A DNA stretch of 30,144 nucleotides from Vulcanimicrobiota bacterium (GCA_003135555.1 PLCF01000092.1:1-30144), one strand, 5' to 3'. Positions 7,986-17,124 are shown, counted from the first letter of the stretch. The notes: generated by a model not told the origin, from the letters alone. Made by a program: numbers and translations.

Positions 7986-8696
7986 ATGGTGACGGATCCA
8001 GCCGGCAAGGGGGCCTATGTCCGCGAGATGTTCGCGGCGATCGCCCCACGGTACGACCGGGCGAACCGCGTGCTCACCGCCGGCGTCGACGAGGCGTGGC
8101 GACGCCGTGCGGTCGCCGAGCTCGCCGCGCCGCAGGGCGGGCGCGTCGCCGACCTGTGCTGCGGCACCGGCGATCTCGCGTTCCACCTGCTCAAGACCGA
8201 CCCGGCGATGACGGTCGTCGGGATCGACTTCACGCCGCAGATGCTCGACGGGGCGCGGCTGCGCGCCCAGCGCGAAGACCCGTCCGGCCGCGCCACCTTC
8301 GTCGAGGGCGACGTGAGCCGGCTGCCGTTCGAGGACGCCGCCTTCGACGGTGCGACGATGGGGTTCTCGTTGCGCAACGTCGTCGACGTCGTCGCGACGC
8401 TCGTCGAAGCGCGCCGGATCTTGCGGCCCGGGGCGCGCTTCGTCAACCTCGACGTCACCAAGCCCGACCACCCCTTCGTGCGGCGATTTTTCGGGCTCTA
8501 TTTCTACGGGGTCGTCCCGCTGGTCGGCGGCATCGTCGGCGGCTCGAAGACCGCCTATCGCTACCTGCCCAACTCGCTGACCAACTTCCCCGATGCCGAC
8601 GGTCTGGCGGCGCGCTTCCGTAGCGCCGGCTTCCACGACGTTCGCACGATTCGTTTGGGTTTCGGCGCGATCGCCGTGCACGTCGGGGTCGCCTGA
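7986..8696 (+). CDS. menG: Demethylmenaquinone methyltransferase (MenG/UbiE family)
   Basis: VREMFAAIAPRYDRANRVL, DLCCGTGD, GFSLRNV, AYRYLPNS. ATG 7986 lies 7 nt after TAAGAT. Confidence 0.9.
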   Translation: MVTDPAGKGAYVREMFAAIAPRYDRANRVLTAGVDEAWRRRAVAELAAPQGGRVADLCCGTGDLAFHLLKTDPAMTVVGIDFTPQMLDGARLRAQREDPSGRATFVEGDVSRLPFEDAAFDGATMGFSLRNVVDVVATLVEARRILRPGARFVNLDVTKPDHPFVRRFFGLYFYGVVPLVGGIVGGSKTAYRYLPNSLTNFPDADGLAARFRSAGFHDVRTIRLGFGAIAVHVGVA

Positions 8697-9652
8697 TGCT
8701 CGAGCGCGCGCCGGCCGGGCGCGACCTGTACGCGCTGGTCGAAGATTTCTTCGCGTCGTCGTTCAGCACCGATAACACGTTGATCACCGAAGCCGTGCGC
8801 CGCATGTTGTCCGCCGGCGGGAAGCGGCTGCGCCCGCGGATCGCCCTGCTCGCCGCCGAGTCGGTCGGCGGCGTCCCCGGCGAGCATCTGCGGCTGGCCG
8901 CGTTCATGGAGCTCATCCACGTCGCGACGCTCATCCACGACGACGTCGTCGACGGCGCCGAGACCAGGCGCGGCGTCAACGCGACCGCGGTGGATTTCGG
9001 CAACCGGGTGAGCGTGCTCGCGGGCGACTACCTCTTCGCGTGGATCTTCAAGAACGTCACGGCCGACTATGCTCACCCGATCCCCCACATCCTGAGCGCG
9101 ACGCTGGCCGACATCACCGACGGCGAGGTCTTGCAGCTGCGGTCGTTGGGCGAACTGGGGACGACCTTGGCGACGTATCTCGACGTTGCCGCGAAGAAGA
9201 CCGCCTCGCTGTTCGCCGCGTCGGCCGAGTGCGGAGCACTCGCCGCGGGCGGCTCGCCGTTCAGCGTGAAGGCGCTGCGCGAGTTCGGAACGTCCTTCGG
9301 GATCGCGTTCCAGATGCGCGACGACCTGCTCGACCTCACCGCCGACGAGGCGACGCTGGGCAAGCCGGTCGGCAACGACCTGCGCGAACGCAAGATGACC
9401 GTCCCGCTCGTCCTGGCGCTGGAGGGTGCGGATCGGGAATTCCATGCCGACGTCGAACGTTTCTTCGCCGGCGATGACGAGGCGCCCGAGCGCGTCGCTC
9501 GGATCGTCGCCGGAATCGAAGCCGCGGGCGGCCTTTCGAAGACGGAAGCCGTCCTGGCGGGCTACGTCGAACGGGCGAAGCAGTCGCTCGCGCCGCTCGG
9601 AAACGCCCCGGCCCGCGCCGAACTCGCCGCGCTGGCGGACACCCTACGCTAA
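8696..9652 (+). CDS. Polyprenyl diphosphate synthase (HepT/IspB-like)
   Basis: GGKRLRP, FARM IHDDVVD, RRG, KKTASLF, SARM FQMRDDLLD, GKPVGNDL; coupled to menG. Confidence 0.93.
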   Translation: MLERAPAGRDLYALVEDFFASSFSTDNTLITEAVRRMLSAGGKRLRPRIALLAAESVGGVPGEHLRLAAFMELIHVATLIHDDVVDGAETRRGVNATAVDFGNRVSVLAGDYLFAWIFKNVTADYAHPIPHILSATLADITDGEVLQLRSLGELGTTLATYLDVAAKKTASLFAASAECGALAAGGSPFSVKALREFGTSFGIAFQMRDDLLDLTADEATLGKPVGNDLRERKMTVPLVLALEGADREFHADVERFFAGDDEAPERVARIVAGIEAAGGLSKTEAVLAGYVERAKQSLAPLGNAPARAELAALADTLR

Positions 9653-9665
9653 ACCGGAGATCCGT

Positions 9666-9965
9666 ATGTTCTCACCCATCGAAATCGCCGCGGTCGTCGG
9701 GGTCGCAATCCTGGTCTTCGGCGCCGACAAGCTCCCCAAGCTCGCGCGCAGCGCGGGTCAGGCCAAAAAGGAGTTCATGGTCGGACAAGCCGAGGCCGAC
9801 GTCGCCGCCGAGCGGGCGCGCGACGAAGCCCGCCGTAAGGCCGAGGCCGAGGCTAGCGCCGCGGCGGCAGCGACCAGCGTCAACGGGGTCGGTCAGCCTG
9901 CCGTGGTCCCCAACCCGCTGACCGGCGCCCCCGGGCCGACGACCCCCGCTCGACCGCTCGAATAG
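9666..9965 (+). CDS. tatA: Twin-arginine translocase TatA/TatE subunit
   Basis: TM plus FG hinge plus amphipathic helix (VFGADKLPKLARSAGQAKKEF); GGAG upstream of ATG 9666; directly before tatC. Confidence 0.92.
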   Translation: MFSPIEIAAVVGVAILVFGADKLPKLARSAGQAKKEFMVGQAEADVAAERARDEARRKAEAEASAAAAATSVNGVGQPAVVPNPLTGAPGPTTPARPLE

Positions 9966-9968
9966 ACC

Positions 9969-10757
9969 GTGTTCGCGGAGCGGGCGCCGCTCGACGACGG
10001 CGCCGAGCGCCAGGTCGATTGGGACCAGAGGGAGATGCCGTTCACGGAGCACCTGCGGGAGCTCCGTAACCGGCTCATGGTCTGCCTCTCGACGGTGCTC
10101 GGGCTGACCGTCGTCTTGCTGTGGCCGGCGCAGTGGGCGATCCCCCGGCTGACGCATTTGTACTTCGGGAAGATACAGTTGCATTCGTTCGGTCCGGCGG
10201 ACGGCGTGTGGGCGATCTTCAAGTTCGCTCTCTACGGCGCTATCGTCGTCGGCTTGCCGGTCATCCTGCACCAGATCTGGATGTTCGTCGTACCGGCGAT
10301 CCATCCGAAGACGCGCAAGGCAGTGTACTCGTACATCGCGCCGTCGTTCCTGCTCTCGCTGGCGGGGATCGCGTTCGCGCACTTTCTGGTTCTCCCGCGC
10401 GTCATCGGCGCGCTGAACGGGATCAATGCGAGCATCTCGGTCCCGACGTACGGGATCGAGGCGACGATCAATCTGGTCCTGCTCCTGTTCCTGGCGTTCG
10501 CAATCGTCTTCCAGACGCCGGTCGTCATGCTGCTCGGCGCGCGCATCGGGCTGATTAACAGCGCGCTGCTGCGCAAGTACCGCAAGTACATCGGCTTTGG
10601 CATGCTGGTCGCCGGGGCGGTGTTAGCGCCCGATGGAAGTCCCGCAACAATGATGCTCATTGCCGCCCCAATGTACGTCCTTTTCGAAATCTCTATCTGG
10701 CTAATCGTTTTTACGGAGCGGCGCGGGCGCGACAACAAGGCCAACGTTGCCAGATAA
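9969..10757 (+). CDS. tatC: Twin-arginine translocase TatC
   Basis: EMPFTEHLRELRNRL, QIWMFVVPA, FQTP, PMYVLFEISI; about 6 TMs. Confidence 0.94.
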   Translation: MFAERAPLDDGAERQVDWDQREMPFTEHLRELRNRLMVCLSTVLGLTVVLLWPAQWAIPRLTHLYFGKIQLHSFGPADGVWAIFKFALYGAIVVGLPVILHQIWMFVVPAIHPKTRKAVYSYIAPSFLLSLAGIAFAHFLVLPRVIGALNGINASISVPTYGIEATINLVLLLFLAFAIVFQTPVVMLLGARIGLINSALLRKYRKYIGFGMLVAGAVLAPDGSPATMMLIAAPMYVLFEISIWLIVFTERRGRDNKANVAR

Positions 10758-10861
10758 AGACGCTCGCTGGAACAGCCTCGCCGAGGGGAGGCGGCAAGAT
10801 TGCTCGAATCTTCGGTTATCCGCCACGGCGGTACACTTTCGAATACTAACGGGTGAAGACG

Positions 10862-11146
10862 ATGAGGGTGACGTCAAAGGTCGTCCCAGCGCTGCTAGCA
10901 GTGATGCTGGCGTTGGGGCCAATTCCCGCTCGGGCAAACCAGCTAGCCCAAGCTTGCATAGCCGCCAACGCCGTCGCCAACGCGGCAGGACAGCAATGGT
11001 TGGCGCTCGTGCAGAACAACTGGGGCGCGTATTGGATCTGGTTTACGACCGAGGTCGATCTGCTCGGGTTCGCTGCGGCACACGACCGAGCCGTCATGGC
11101 GCAAAGCTTTGCGGTGACCGTCTGCTCCGCAGGCGGAGCCTCGTAG
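10862..11146 (+). CDS. Small secreted hypothetical protein (94 aa; signal peptide, 2 Cys)
   Basis: Sec signal MRVTSKVVPALLAVMLALGPIPARA with AxA site; tandem stops TAG TAA; upstream TACACT -10-like hexamer at 10832-10837. Alternative GTG at 10853. Confidence 0.65.
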   Translation: MRVTSKVVPALLAVMLALGPIPARANQLAQACIAANAVANAAGQQWLALVQNNWGAYWIWFTTEVDLLGFAAAHDRAVMAQSFAVTVCSAGGAS

Positions 11147-11153
11147 TAACTCG

Positions 11154-11196
11154 CGCGTATACGGATCTCGCACATTTTGTCGTGACCGTATAGGCG
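11154..11196. terminator. Long imperfect hairpin between the orphan gene and resB
   Basis: TATACGG (11158-11164) pairs with CCGTATA (11186-11192), with inner TC/GA, CG/CG and ACA/TGT pairs. No U-tail, so the role is uncertain. Confidence 0.35.
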
Positions 11197-11209
11197 AATT
11201 GACGCAGCG

Positions 11210-12604
11210 GTGGAAGCGAGAAGCGCAAGGGGTCTAGCCTCCGGCGCGCTGGAGGGTATGCGCGAGAGCTGGGCCGAGCTGGTCGGGCTTTTCGCCAACG
11301 TCGCGTTCGGAGTCTCGCTGCTGGCGGTGTGGGGCTTCCTCACCACGCTCGGGGTCGTGATCGAGCAGGGCAAAGACGCAGCATTCTACGCCGCAGCGTA
11401 CGGACCGCCGTTGGGGCGGTTGATCGAGCGGCTCGACGTCGGCAACATCTACCACAGCGCCGCCTACGTCGGCATCGTCGGGTTGATCGTGTGCTCGATG
11501 ACGGCGGCGACGTTCACCAAGGTCATCCCGCGCCGCATTCCGCGCCTGCACCCGGTGAAGATCGCCGCGATCCCGCTGCACGCGACGGTGCGCGTCGCCG
11601 GAGACGTCGAGAGCGTGCGGGAGCGCATTGCGTCGTTCTTCGCCGAGCGCGGCTGGCAAGTCCGCAAACGCGACTTCGCCGGCACCGAATGGACCTTCGC
11701 CGACAAGAACAACTGGGCGCGGCGCGGAGTCCTCGTCGCGCACATCGGGTTCGTGATCATCGCGACCGGCACCACGATCTACTGGGCCAAAGGTTATAGC
11801 GGCCAGTTCGCGGTCCTCAGCGGCGCCACGGCGACGATTCCGGAGAACGGCGTCAAAGTCGATTTGCGGCGCTTCGCCTACCGCATCGATCCGATCGCGA
11901 CCAAATCCGGGACCGTGTACCAGCCGATCGACTACGTCTCCGACGCGACCGTAACGGGTCGCGACGGAACGCCGCGCAACGCGGTCATTCGCGTGAACCA
12001 GCCCTACGATGCCGACGGCACGCTGATCTACCAGGCCACCTACGGGTTCGCGATCGACTTTCGCCTCAGCAAGAACGGGAAGCCCGTTCCCAGCGGCGGA
12101 CATCCGCTCAAAGAGGGCGAGGGGTTCGTCATCGACGGCACCTCCCGAGCGATTCAGTACCAGCGGTTCGTCGGGACGATCGATCGCGCTACCGGCCGCC
12201 CGGGCGCCGATCCGCGGCCCAACGATCCGGGCGTCGTGATCGAGGCGTTCGACGGCGACGCTTCGGCCGGCACCGCGCTGCTCGCGCTGGGACGGCCCGT
12301 GAGCCTGGGTGCCGGGTACACGCTCGAAGCCGCGCGCTACGTGCTCTATTCGGGCTTCCAGTACCGCTACGATCCGGGGATCCCCGTGGTCGGACTGGGA
12401 GCGTTCGTGCTGCTGGCGGGGTTGTGCGTCTCGATGTACTTCCTTCCAGCCCGGCTGTTCGTTCTCGTGCGTCCCGTCGATGCGAACGTCACCGAGGTCG
12501 GAATCGCCGCGACCACGGTTAAAGGGTACGACGTCTTCGAAGACCGCTTCCGCGAGATCGTCGCGGCGCTGCGTCGCAGCGAAGGAGAGGCTCATGGACC
12601 ATAA
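11210..12604 (+). CDS. resB: Cytochrome c biogenesis protein ResB/Ccs1 (System II)
   Basis: N-terminal TMs (LGVVIEQG, IYHS), RRGVLVAHIG His motif, large extracytoplasmic domain with IRVNQP, C-terminal YDPGIPVV TM. Start is GTG 11210 or ATG 11258. Confidence 0.9.
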   Translation: MEARSARGLASGALEGMRESWAELVGLFANVAFGVSLLAVWGFLTTLGVVIEQGKDAAFYAAAYGPPLGRLIERLDVGNIYHSAAYVGIVGLIVCSMTAATFTKVIPRRIPRLHPVKIAAIPLHATVRVAGDVESVRERIASFFAERGWQVRKRDFAGTEWTFADKNNWARRGVLVAHIGFVIIATGTTIYWAKGYSGQFAVLSGATATIPENGVKVDLRRFAYRIDPIATKSGTVYQPIDYVSDATVTGRDGTPRNAVIRVNQPYDADGTLIYQATYGFAIDFRLSKNGKPVPSGGHPLKEGEGFVIDGTSRAIQYQRFVGTIDRATGRPGADPRPNDPGVVIEAFDGDASAGTALLALGRPVSLGAGYTLEAARYVLYSGFQYRYDPGIPVVGLGAFVLLAGLCVSMYFLPARLFVLVRPVDANVTEVGIAATTVKGYDVFEDRFREIVAALRRSEGEAHGP

Positions 12605-13580
12605 CCGGCAGCTGCTCGATCAGAGCTTGCTCGTCGTCGGCACCGCGACGTACGTGATGTCGGCGCTCGCGCTGTTCGGGTACTTTCTCACCCGCAAGCC
12701 GCTGCTGCGCTCGATCGGGATGCCGTTCGCGCTGGCCGGCTGCGTGGCCCAATTCGCCGAGCTCGGCACCCGCTGGTGGATGACGGGCGTGTGGCCGCTG
12801 ACCAACCTGTACGGTTCGCTGTCGCTTTTCAGCGCCTTGTCGGTCGCGATCTTCTTGATCTTCGCCTACCGCTACGACTTGGCGTTCCTGGGCGGGTTCG
12901 TGCTGACGGTCGCGGCGATCGCCTTCGCCTACGGCATGACGTGGAACGAGGGCACGATGCCGGCCGTCCCCGCGCTGCAGTCGTACTGGATCAAGATCCA
13001 CGTCCCGATCGTCATCGCGTCGTATGCGTCGTTCATGGTCGCATTTTGCGTCTCGCTGATGTACCTGTTCAAAGCCGCGGTGGAAAACCGCTACGCCCGG
13101 CGCGGCGCGCCGTTAAGCGGCGCGGTCGCCGCGGCCGGTCCCGTCGGGGCCGATGCGATGAGCGCGCTGGGCGATGCGCCTGGCATCGGGACGATCCGCA
13201 ACGACACGCCGGCGCTCACCAGCGCGGCCGCGGCCGGCGACGCGACCGCCGTCTGGCTGGCCGGACTCCCGTCGCTGGCGCGGCTGGACGTCATGCAGTA
13301 CCGCATCATCGCGGTCGGGTTGCCGCTGCTCGCGCTGGGGATCATCACCGGAGCGATGTGGGCCAAGGAAGCTTGGGGCGCGTACTGGCAGTTCGACGCC
13401 AAGGAGAACGCCGCGCTGGCTTCGTGGATCGTCTACGCCGTGTACATGCATCTGCACACGCGCCCGCGCTGGCGCGGAACGCGCACCGCGTGGGTCAGCG
13501 TGATCGGCTTCGCCTCCATCGTGTTCTGCTACCTCGGCGTGAACATCTTTATCAGCGGCCTACACTCGTACAAAATGTAG
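12594..13580 (+). CDS. ccsA: Cytochrome c biogenesis protein CcsA/ResC (System II heme lyase)
   Basis: PALQSYWIKIHV, WWD domain WAKEAWGAYWQFDAKE, YMHLH and GLHSY; strong SD before ATG 12594. Confidence 0.93.
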   Translation: MDHNRQLLDQSLLVVGTATYVMSALALFGYFLTRKPLLRSIGMPFALAGCVAQFAELGTRWWMTGVWPLTNLYGSLSLFSALSVAIFLIFAYRYDLAFLGGFVLTVAAIAFAYGMTWNEGTMPAVPALQSYWIKIHVPIVIASYASFMVAFCVSLMYLFKAAVENRYARRGAPLSGAVAAAGPVGADAMSALGDAPGIGTIRNDTPALTSAAAAGDATAVWLAGLPSLARLDVMQYRIIAVGLPLLALGIITGAMWAKEAWGAYWQFDAKENAALASWIVYAVYMHLHTRPRWRGTRTAWVSVIGFASIVFCYLGVNIFISGLHSYKM

Positions 13581-13582
13581 GG

Positions 13583-14164
13583 TTACGAGGCGGTGCGCCG
13601 GCGGGGCGGTCTGGTGGGCAGCGCGGGCATAGGAGTTGGGGGCGCGACGTGCGAGGGGTCTTCCCAGATCGCGTTGGCGGCGGCGGGTAGATCTTTGGGG
13701 ACGCGTTTGAGGAAGTAGGTCAGCGCCCAGATCGAGCGCTCGTCGAGCGCCGGGCTGTACGCCGGCATCCCGGTGAAGCGGATTCCGTGCTCGATCTTCC
13801 AGTACGTCACGCCTTCGGGATCGTCGTCGACCGAATCGCGCGCGAACTGGGGCGGACGAATCGGGCCCAGGCCCCGCGCGATCGCGTTGGGCGTGGTGTG
13901 CGCCGTCCCGTGGCACACGGCGCAGTTCTGCACGTACAGCGTCGCGCCGTTCGCAATCTCGGGATCGGACGATGGATAGGGGTAGGGCGGCTTGGGCGCC
14001 TCGCGCGCGATCGCGGCCTTGAGTGCCGTGCGCGCGACCCACCTCTCGCCCGGAAGCGGCGCTCCGTCGGCGCGTGCCGGGAGCTGCCCGGTCTTGACCG
14101 CGCTGAAGAACAGCACGGCGAGCACGGCGAGCGCGGCTACGAAGCCGACAAGAAATCCACGCAT
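13583..14164 (-). CDS. Membrane-anchored or exported monoheme c-type cytochrome
   Basis: N-terminal hydrophobic segment, CAVCH heme motif, YWKIEHGIRFTGMPAY (distal Met). Confidence 0.9.
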   Translation of the reverse strand: MRGFLVGFVAALAVLAVLFFSAVKTGQLPARADGAPLPGERWVARTALKAAIAREAPKPPYPYPSSDPEIANGATLYVQNCAVCHGTAHTTPNAIARGLGPIRPPQFARDSVDDDPEGVTYWKIEHGIRFTGMPAYSPALDERSIWALTYFLKRVPKDLPAAANAIWEDPSHVAPPTPMPALPTRPPRRRTAS

Positions 14165-14251
14165 AGTCCTTGAGTCTTGTCCATATTGCTGGCATTTTCA
14201 CCGGCCCGCGCAGCGCAACGACCGGCCGCACGATGAGGGTTCCAGGAGCGT

Positions 14252-15715
14252 ATGGCCATCGCACTGCCGCGCGGGACGCCCCTCGACGACCTTCGCTTCG
14301 CGAATTCGTTCGCGGCGCTGGGCGATGGGTTCTCGGAACGGCGCATGCCGGCCGGTATCCCGGGCGCGCGGCTGGTCGCGTTCAGCCCCGCGGCCGCAGC
14401 GCTCATCGACCTGCGTCCCGGTGAGGAGCAAAGCCCCGAATTCGCCGCCCTGGCCAGCGGCAACGCGCTCGTCGCGGGGATGGAACCGGTCGCGGCACTC
14501 TACGGCGGACATCAATTCGGCGTCTGGGCAGGGCAGCTGGGCGACGGCCGCGCGCTGCTGTTGGGCGAGGTCGCCGGCGAGGCTGGGCCCTGGGAGCTGC
14601 AGCTCAAAGGAGGCGGGGTCACCGCGTTCTCGCGCTTCGCCGACGGGCGCGCGGTCGTGCGTTCGACGATCCGCGAGTTCCTCGCCAGCGAGGCGATGCA
14701 TCACCTCGGCGTGCCGACGACGCGCGCGCTGGCGATGGCGGCGGGCGACGAGCCCGTGCTGCGCGAGCGCGTCGAGCGTGCTGCGACGGTGATCCGGATG
14801 GCGCCCTCGTTCGTGCGCTTCGGCTCGTTCGAGATCTTCCACTATCGCAAGCAGCACGCCGAGCTGCGGACGCTGGCCGACTACGTGATCGACCGTTTCT
14901 ATCCCGAGTGCGGAGCGGGCGACGAGCGGTACGCCCGCTTCTTCACCGCTGTCGTCGAGCGCACTGCGGCGCTGATGGCGCGGTGGCAGGCGGTCGGGTT
15001 CGCGCACGGCGTGATGAACACCGACAACTTCTCGATCCTCGGCCTGACGCTGGACTACGGGCCGTACGGATTCCTGGAGACCTACGAGCCTGGGTTCATC
15101 TGCAACCACAGCGACGAGGCCGGCCGCTACGCGTTCGATCGCCAGCCGACGATCGGGTTGTGGAACTGCTACGCGCTGGCCGAAGCGCTCTCGTCGCTGA
15201 TCGCCAAGGGCGAACTCGAGGCGGGCTTGGCGCGCTTCGAACCGGTCTACCGGGCGACGTTCATGGCGCTGCTGCGCGCGAAGCTGGGTCTGGCGACACA
15301 GCGCGACGACGACGCCGATCTGGGGCTGGAAGCGTTTCGCTTGCTGGCCGCACGACGCATCGACTGGACGAATTTCTGGCGCGCGCTATCGCACTCCGAC
15401 GCCGCTGCAACGGCGCTGCTGGGCGCCGACGAGTCGTCGCGTTCCTGGTTCGCGGCGTACGCCGCGCGGGTCGCGGCCGAGCCCGGCGACGACGCGGCGC
15501 GCCGTGCCGGCATGCGCGCGACCAATCCGAAGTACGTGCTGCGCAATTGGGTCGCGCAAGAAGCGATCGAGGCCTGCGAAGCCGGCGACGACTCGGTCGT
15601 ACACGCGCTCTACGACGTCGTGCGCGCGCCGTTCGACGAGCACGCCGAGCGCGAGGCCTGGACGCAGCAAGCGCCCGCGAAGTACGCGGGTCTTTCGGTG
15701 AGCTGCTCGTCGTAG
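14252..15715 (+). CDS. selO: Protein adenylyltransferase SelO/YdiU, Cys form
   Basis: YGGHQFG, GQLGDGRA, QLKGGG, DGRAVVRSTIREFLASEAM, HGVMNTDN, DYGPYGF and C-terminal VSCSS; AGGAG SD. Confidence 0.95.
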   Translation: MAIALPRGTPLDDLRFANSFAALGDGFSERRMPAGIPGARLVAFSPAAAALIDLRPGEEQSPEFAALASGNALVAGMEPVAALYGGHQFGVWAGQLGDGRALLLGEVAGEAGPWELQLKGGGVTAFSRFADGRAVVRSTIREFLASEAMHHLGVPTTRALAMAAGDEPVLRERVERAATVIRMAPSFVRFGSFEIFHYRKQHAELRTLADYVIDRFYPECGAGDERYARFFTAVVERTAALMARWQAVGFAHGVMNTDNFSILGLTLDYGPYGFLETYEPGFICNHSDEAGRYAFDRQPTIGLWNCYALAEALSSLIAKGELEAGLARFEPVYRATFMALLRAKLGLATQRDDDADLGLEAFRLLAARRIDWTNFWRALSHSDAAATALLGADESSRSWFAAYAARVAAEPGDDAARRAGMRATNPKYVLRNWVAQEAIEACEAGDDSVVHALYDVVRAPFDEHAEREAWTQQAPAKYAGLSVSCSS

Positions 15716-15792
15716 TGCACGCGGACACTGCTGAACTCGTGAAGACGGTACACACCTCGCCACGCGCCACGCTGGCGGAGACGTAGCACCGC

Positions 15793-16395
15793 GTGGGACG
15801 TGAGGCGCGCTGCACGGCGACCTGGGGCACCCGCAGCGGCGAGGTGACCGCCTTGCTCGAGTCCACCGAGCTGATCGTGCGGGGCGCGTTTCGCGCCCGC
15901 GTGCCGCTCGCGTCGCTGACGGCGGTGCAGGTGCGCGGCGATACGCTGCATTTTCGCGCCGGCGACGACGAGGTCGCACTGCTCCTGGGCAGCGCCGCGC
16001 AGCGCTGGGCCGCCGCGCTCACCACTCCGCGGCCGACGCTGGCGGCCCGCCTCGGCATCACCGCGCGCTGCCGGCTGCTCGTGGAAGGAGGCGTCGACGA
16101 CGAGGCGCTCGCGACCGCGCTAGCCGCCGCGACCGCACCCGCCGCGGACGGGGCCGAGATCATCGTCGCGCGGGTCGACGACCCCCAAACGCTGATCGAC
16201 GTGGCGGCGCGCCACCGCGCGCTGCTCGCCCGCGGCGTCCCGCTGTGGGTCGTCTACACCAAGGGCCGCGGCGCGCCGCTGGGGGAGGCGGCGGTCCGCA
16301 CGATCTTGCGCCAACGCGGCTTGATGGACCTCAAGGTCGCGTCGGTCTCCGCCGCGCTGACCGCGCTCAAGTTCGCGCGCGTCCGCGCGAAGTGA
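15793..16395 (+). CDS. Conserved hypothetical protein (DUF3052-like C-terminal region)
   Basis: LWVVYTKG...GLMDLKVASVSAALTALKF resembles DUF3052-type C-termini; GC-rich third codon positions. Confidence 0.6.
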   Translation: MGREARCTATWGTRSGEVTALLESTELIVRGAFRARVPLASLTAVQVRGDTLHFRAGDDEVALLLGSAAQRWAAALTTPRPTLAARLGITARCRLLVEGGVDDEALATALAAATAPAADGAEIIVARVDDPQTLIDVAARHRALLARGVPLWVVYTKGRGAPLGEAAVRTILRQRGLMDLKVASVSAALTALKFARVRAK

Positions 16396-16452
16396 ACGCT
16401 AATCCCGCGTAGCCCCGAGGTCGCGGGGCTCCGGCTCGGGAACGGCGCGCAG

Positions 16453-16767
16453 GTGGAACGGCACGGTGAGGTTAGGCTCCTGATTCGCGGGATCGCGCGC
16501 GGGGTCGCGAGCACGGAGATCGCCGCAGCGCTGGCGCCGTTCGGGGTCGACGCCGAGCGGATCGCGCTGCCGCGCGACCGCCGCACGCGGCGCCGCAAAG
16601 GGATCGCCTACGTCTTCGTTCCGAGCGCGCAGCACGCCAAAGACGCCATCGACGCCCTCAACAACACGATGCTGCAGGACAAGCAGATCACCATCGAGCC
16701 GGCCGCCGAACGCCCGCCCAAGAAGCCGCGCCGCTTCGGTGGCCCGCCGCCGCCGCGCCGCTACTGA
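16453..16767 (+). CDS. RRM-domain RNA-binding protein (divergent Rbp type)
   Basis: RNP2-like LLIRGI, PRDRRTRRRKGIAYV (RNP1-like), AKDAIDALNNTMLQDKQITIEPA, basic Pro/Gly tail. Confidence 0.82.
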   Translation: MERHGEVRLLIRGIARGVASTEIAAALAPFGVDAERIALPRDRRTRRRKGIAYVFVPSAQHAKDAIDALNNTMLQDKQITIEPAAERPPKKPRRFGGPPPPRRY

Positions 16768-16997
16768 AGATACTTCTCGACGGTCTCCGCGCTACGCTCG
16801 TGCGCGACATCGGGATCTTGGCCGAACTCCTCGCGCGCCCGCCGCTGGCGCAGCAAGTCCCACAGCCGGTCGAGCTGGACGTTGATCTCGCCCAGACGCG
16901 TTCGCTCGCCCGCCGAGACGGCACCGCCTTTTTCGAGCAGGCGGTGCTCCTCGGCGACGAGGCCTTCGATCCGCTCGTGGAGCTGCTGGTCGTTCAC
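16761..16997 (-). CDS. DUF2630 family protein
   Basis: LVAEEHRL...VQLDRLWDLLRQRRAREEFGQDPD...VEKYLQ. Start is GTG 16997 or TTG 17003. Confidence 0.85.
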   Translation of the reverse strand: MNDQQLHERIEGLVAEEHRLLEKGGAVSAGERTRLGEINVQLDRLWDLLRQRRAREEFGQDPDVAHERSAETVEKYLQ

Positions 16998-17124
16998 GCC
17001 CAACGTGTTCCCGCTCGGGCCGCGAACGACCCACAGCAGCGAGCGGGGCCATGCTCGCGCTTGCCCCCGCGCAGGGGACCGCTTACGGCTCCTACGAAGG
17101 TACGCGAGTTTTGTCCGGCGCCCA

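Noticed and set aside
10846..11373. 175-aa minus-strand ORF across the AT-richer islet
   Set aside because: Overlaps the resB 5' end and has no motifs; the + strand ORF has a clear signal peptide and upstream signals.
15698..15715. SelO as a second selenoprotein, or functionally paired with the glutaredoxin
   Set aside because: The C-terminus is VSCSS with a TGC codon and a TAG stop, so it is the Cys form. The gene is about 13 kb from the glutaredoxin with no operon link.
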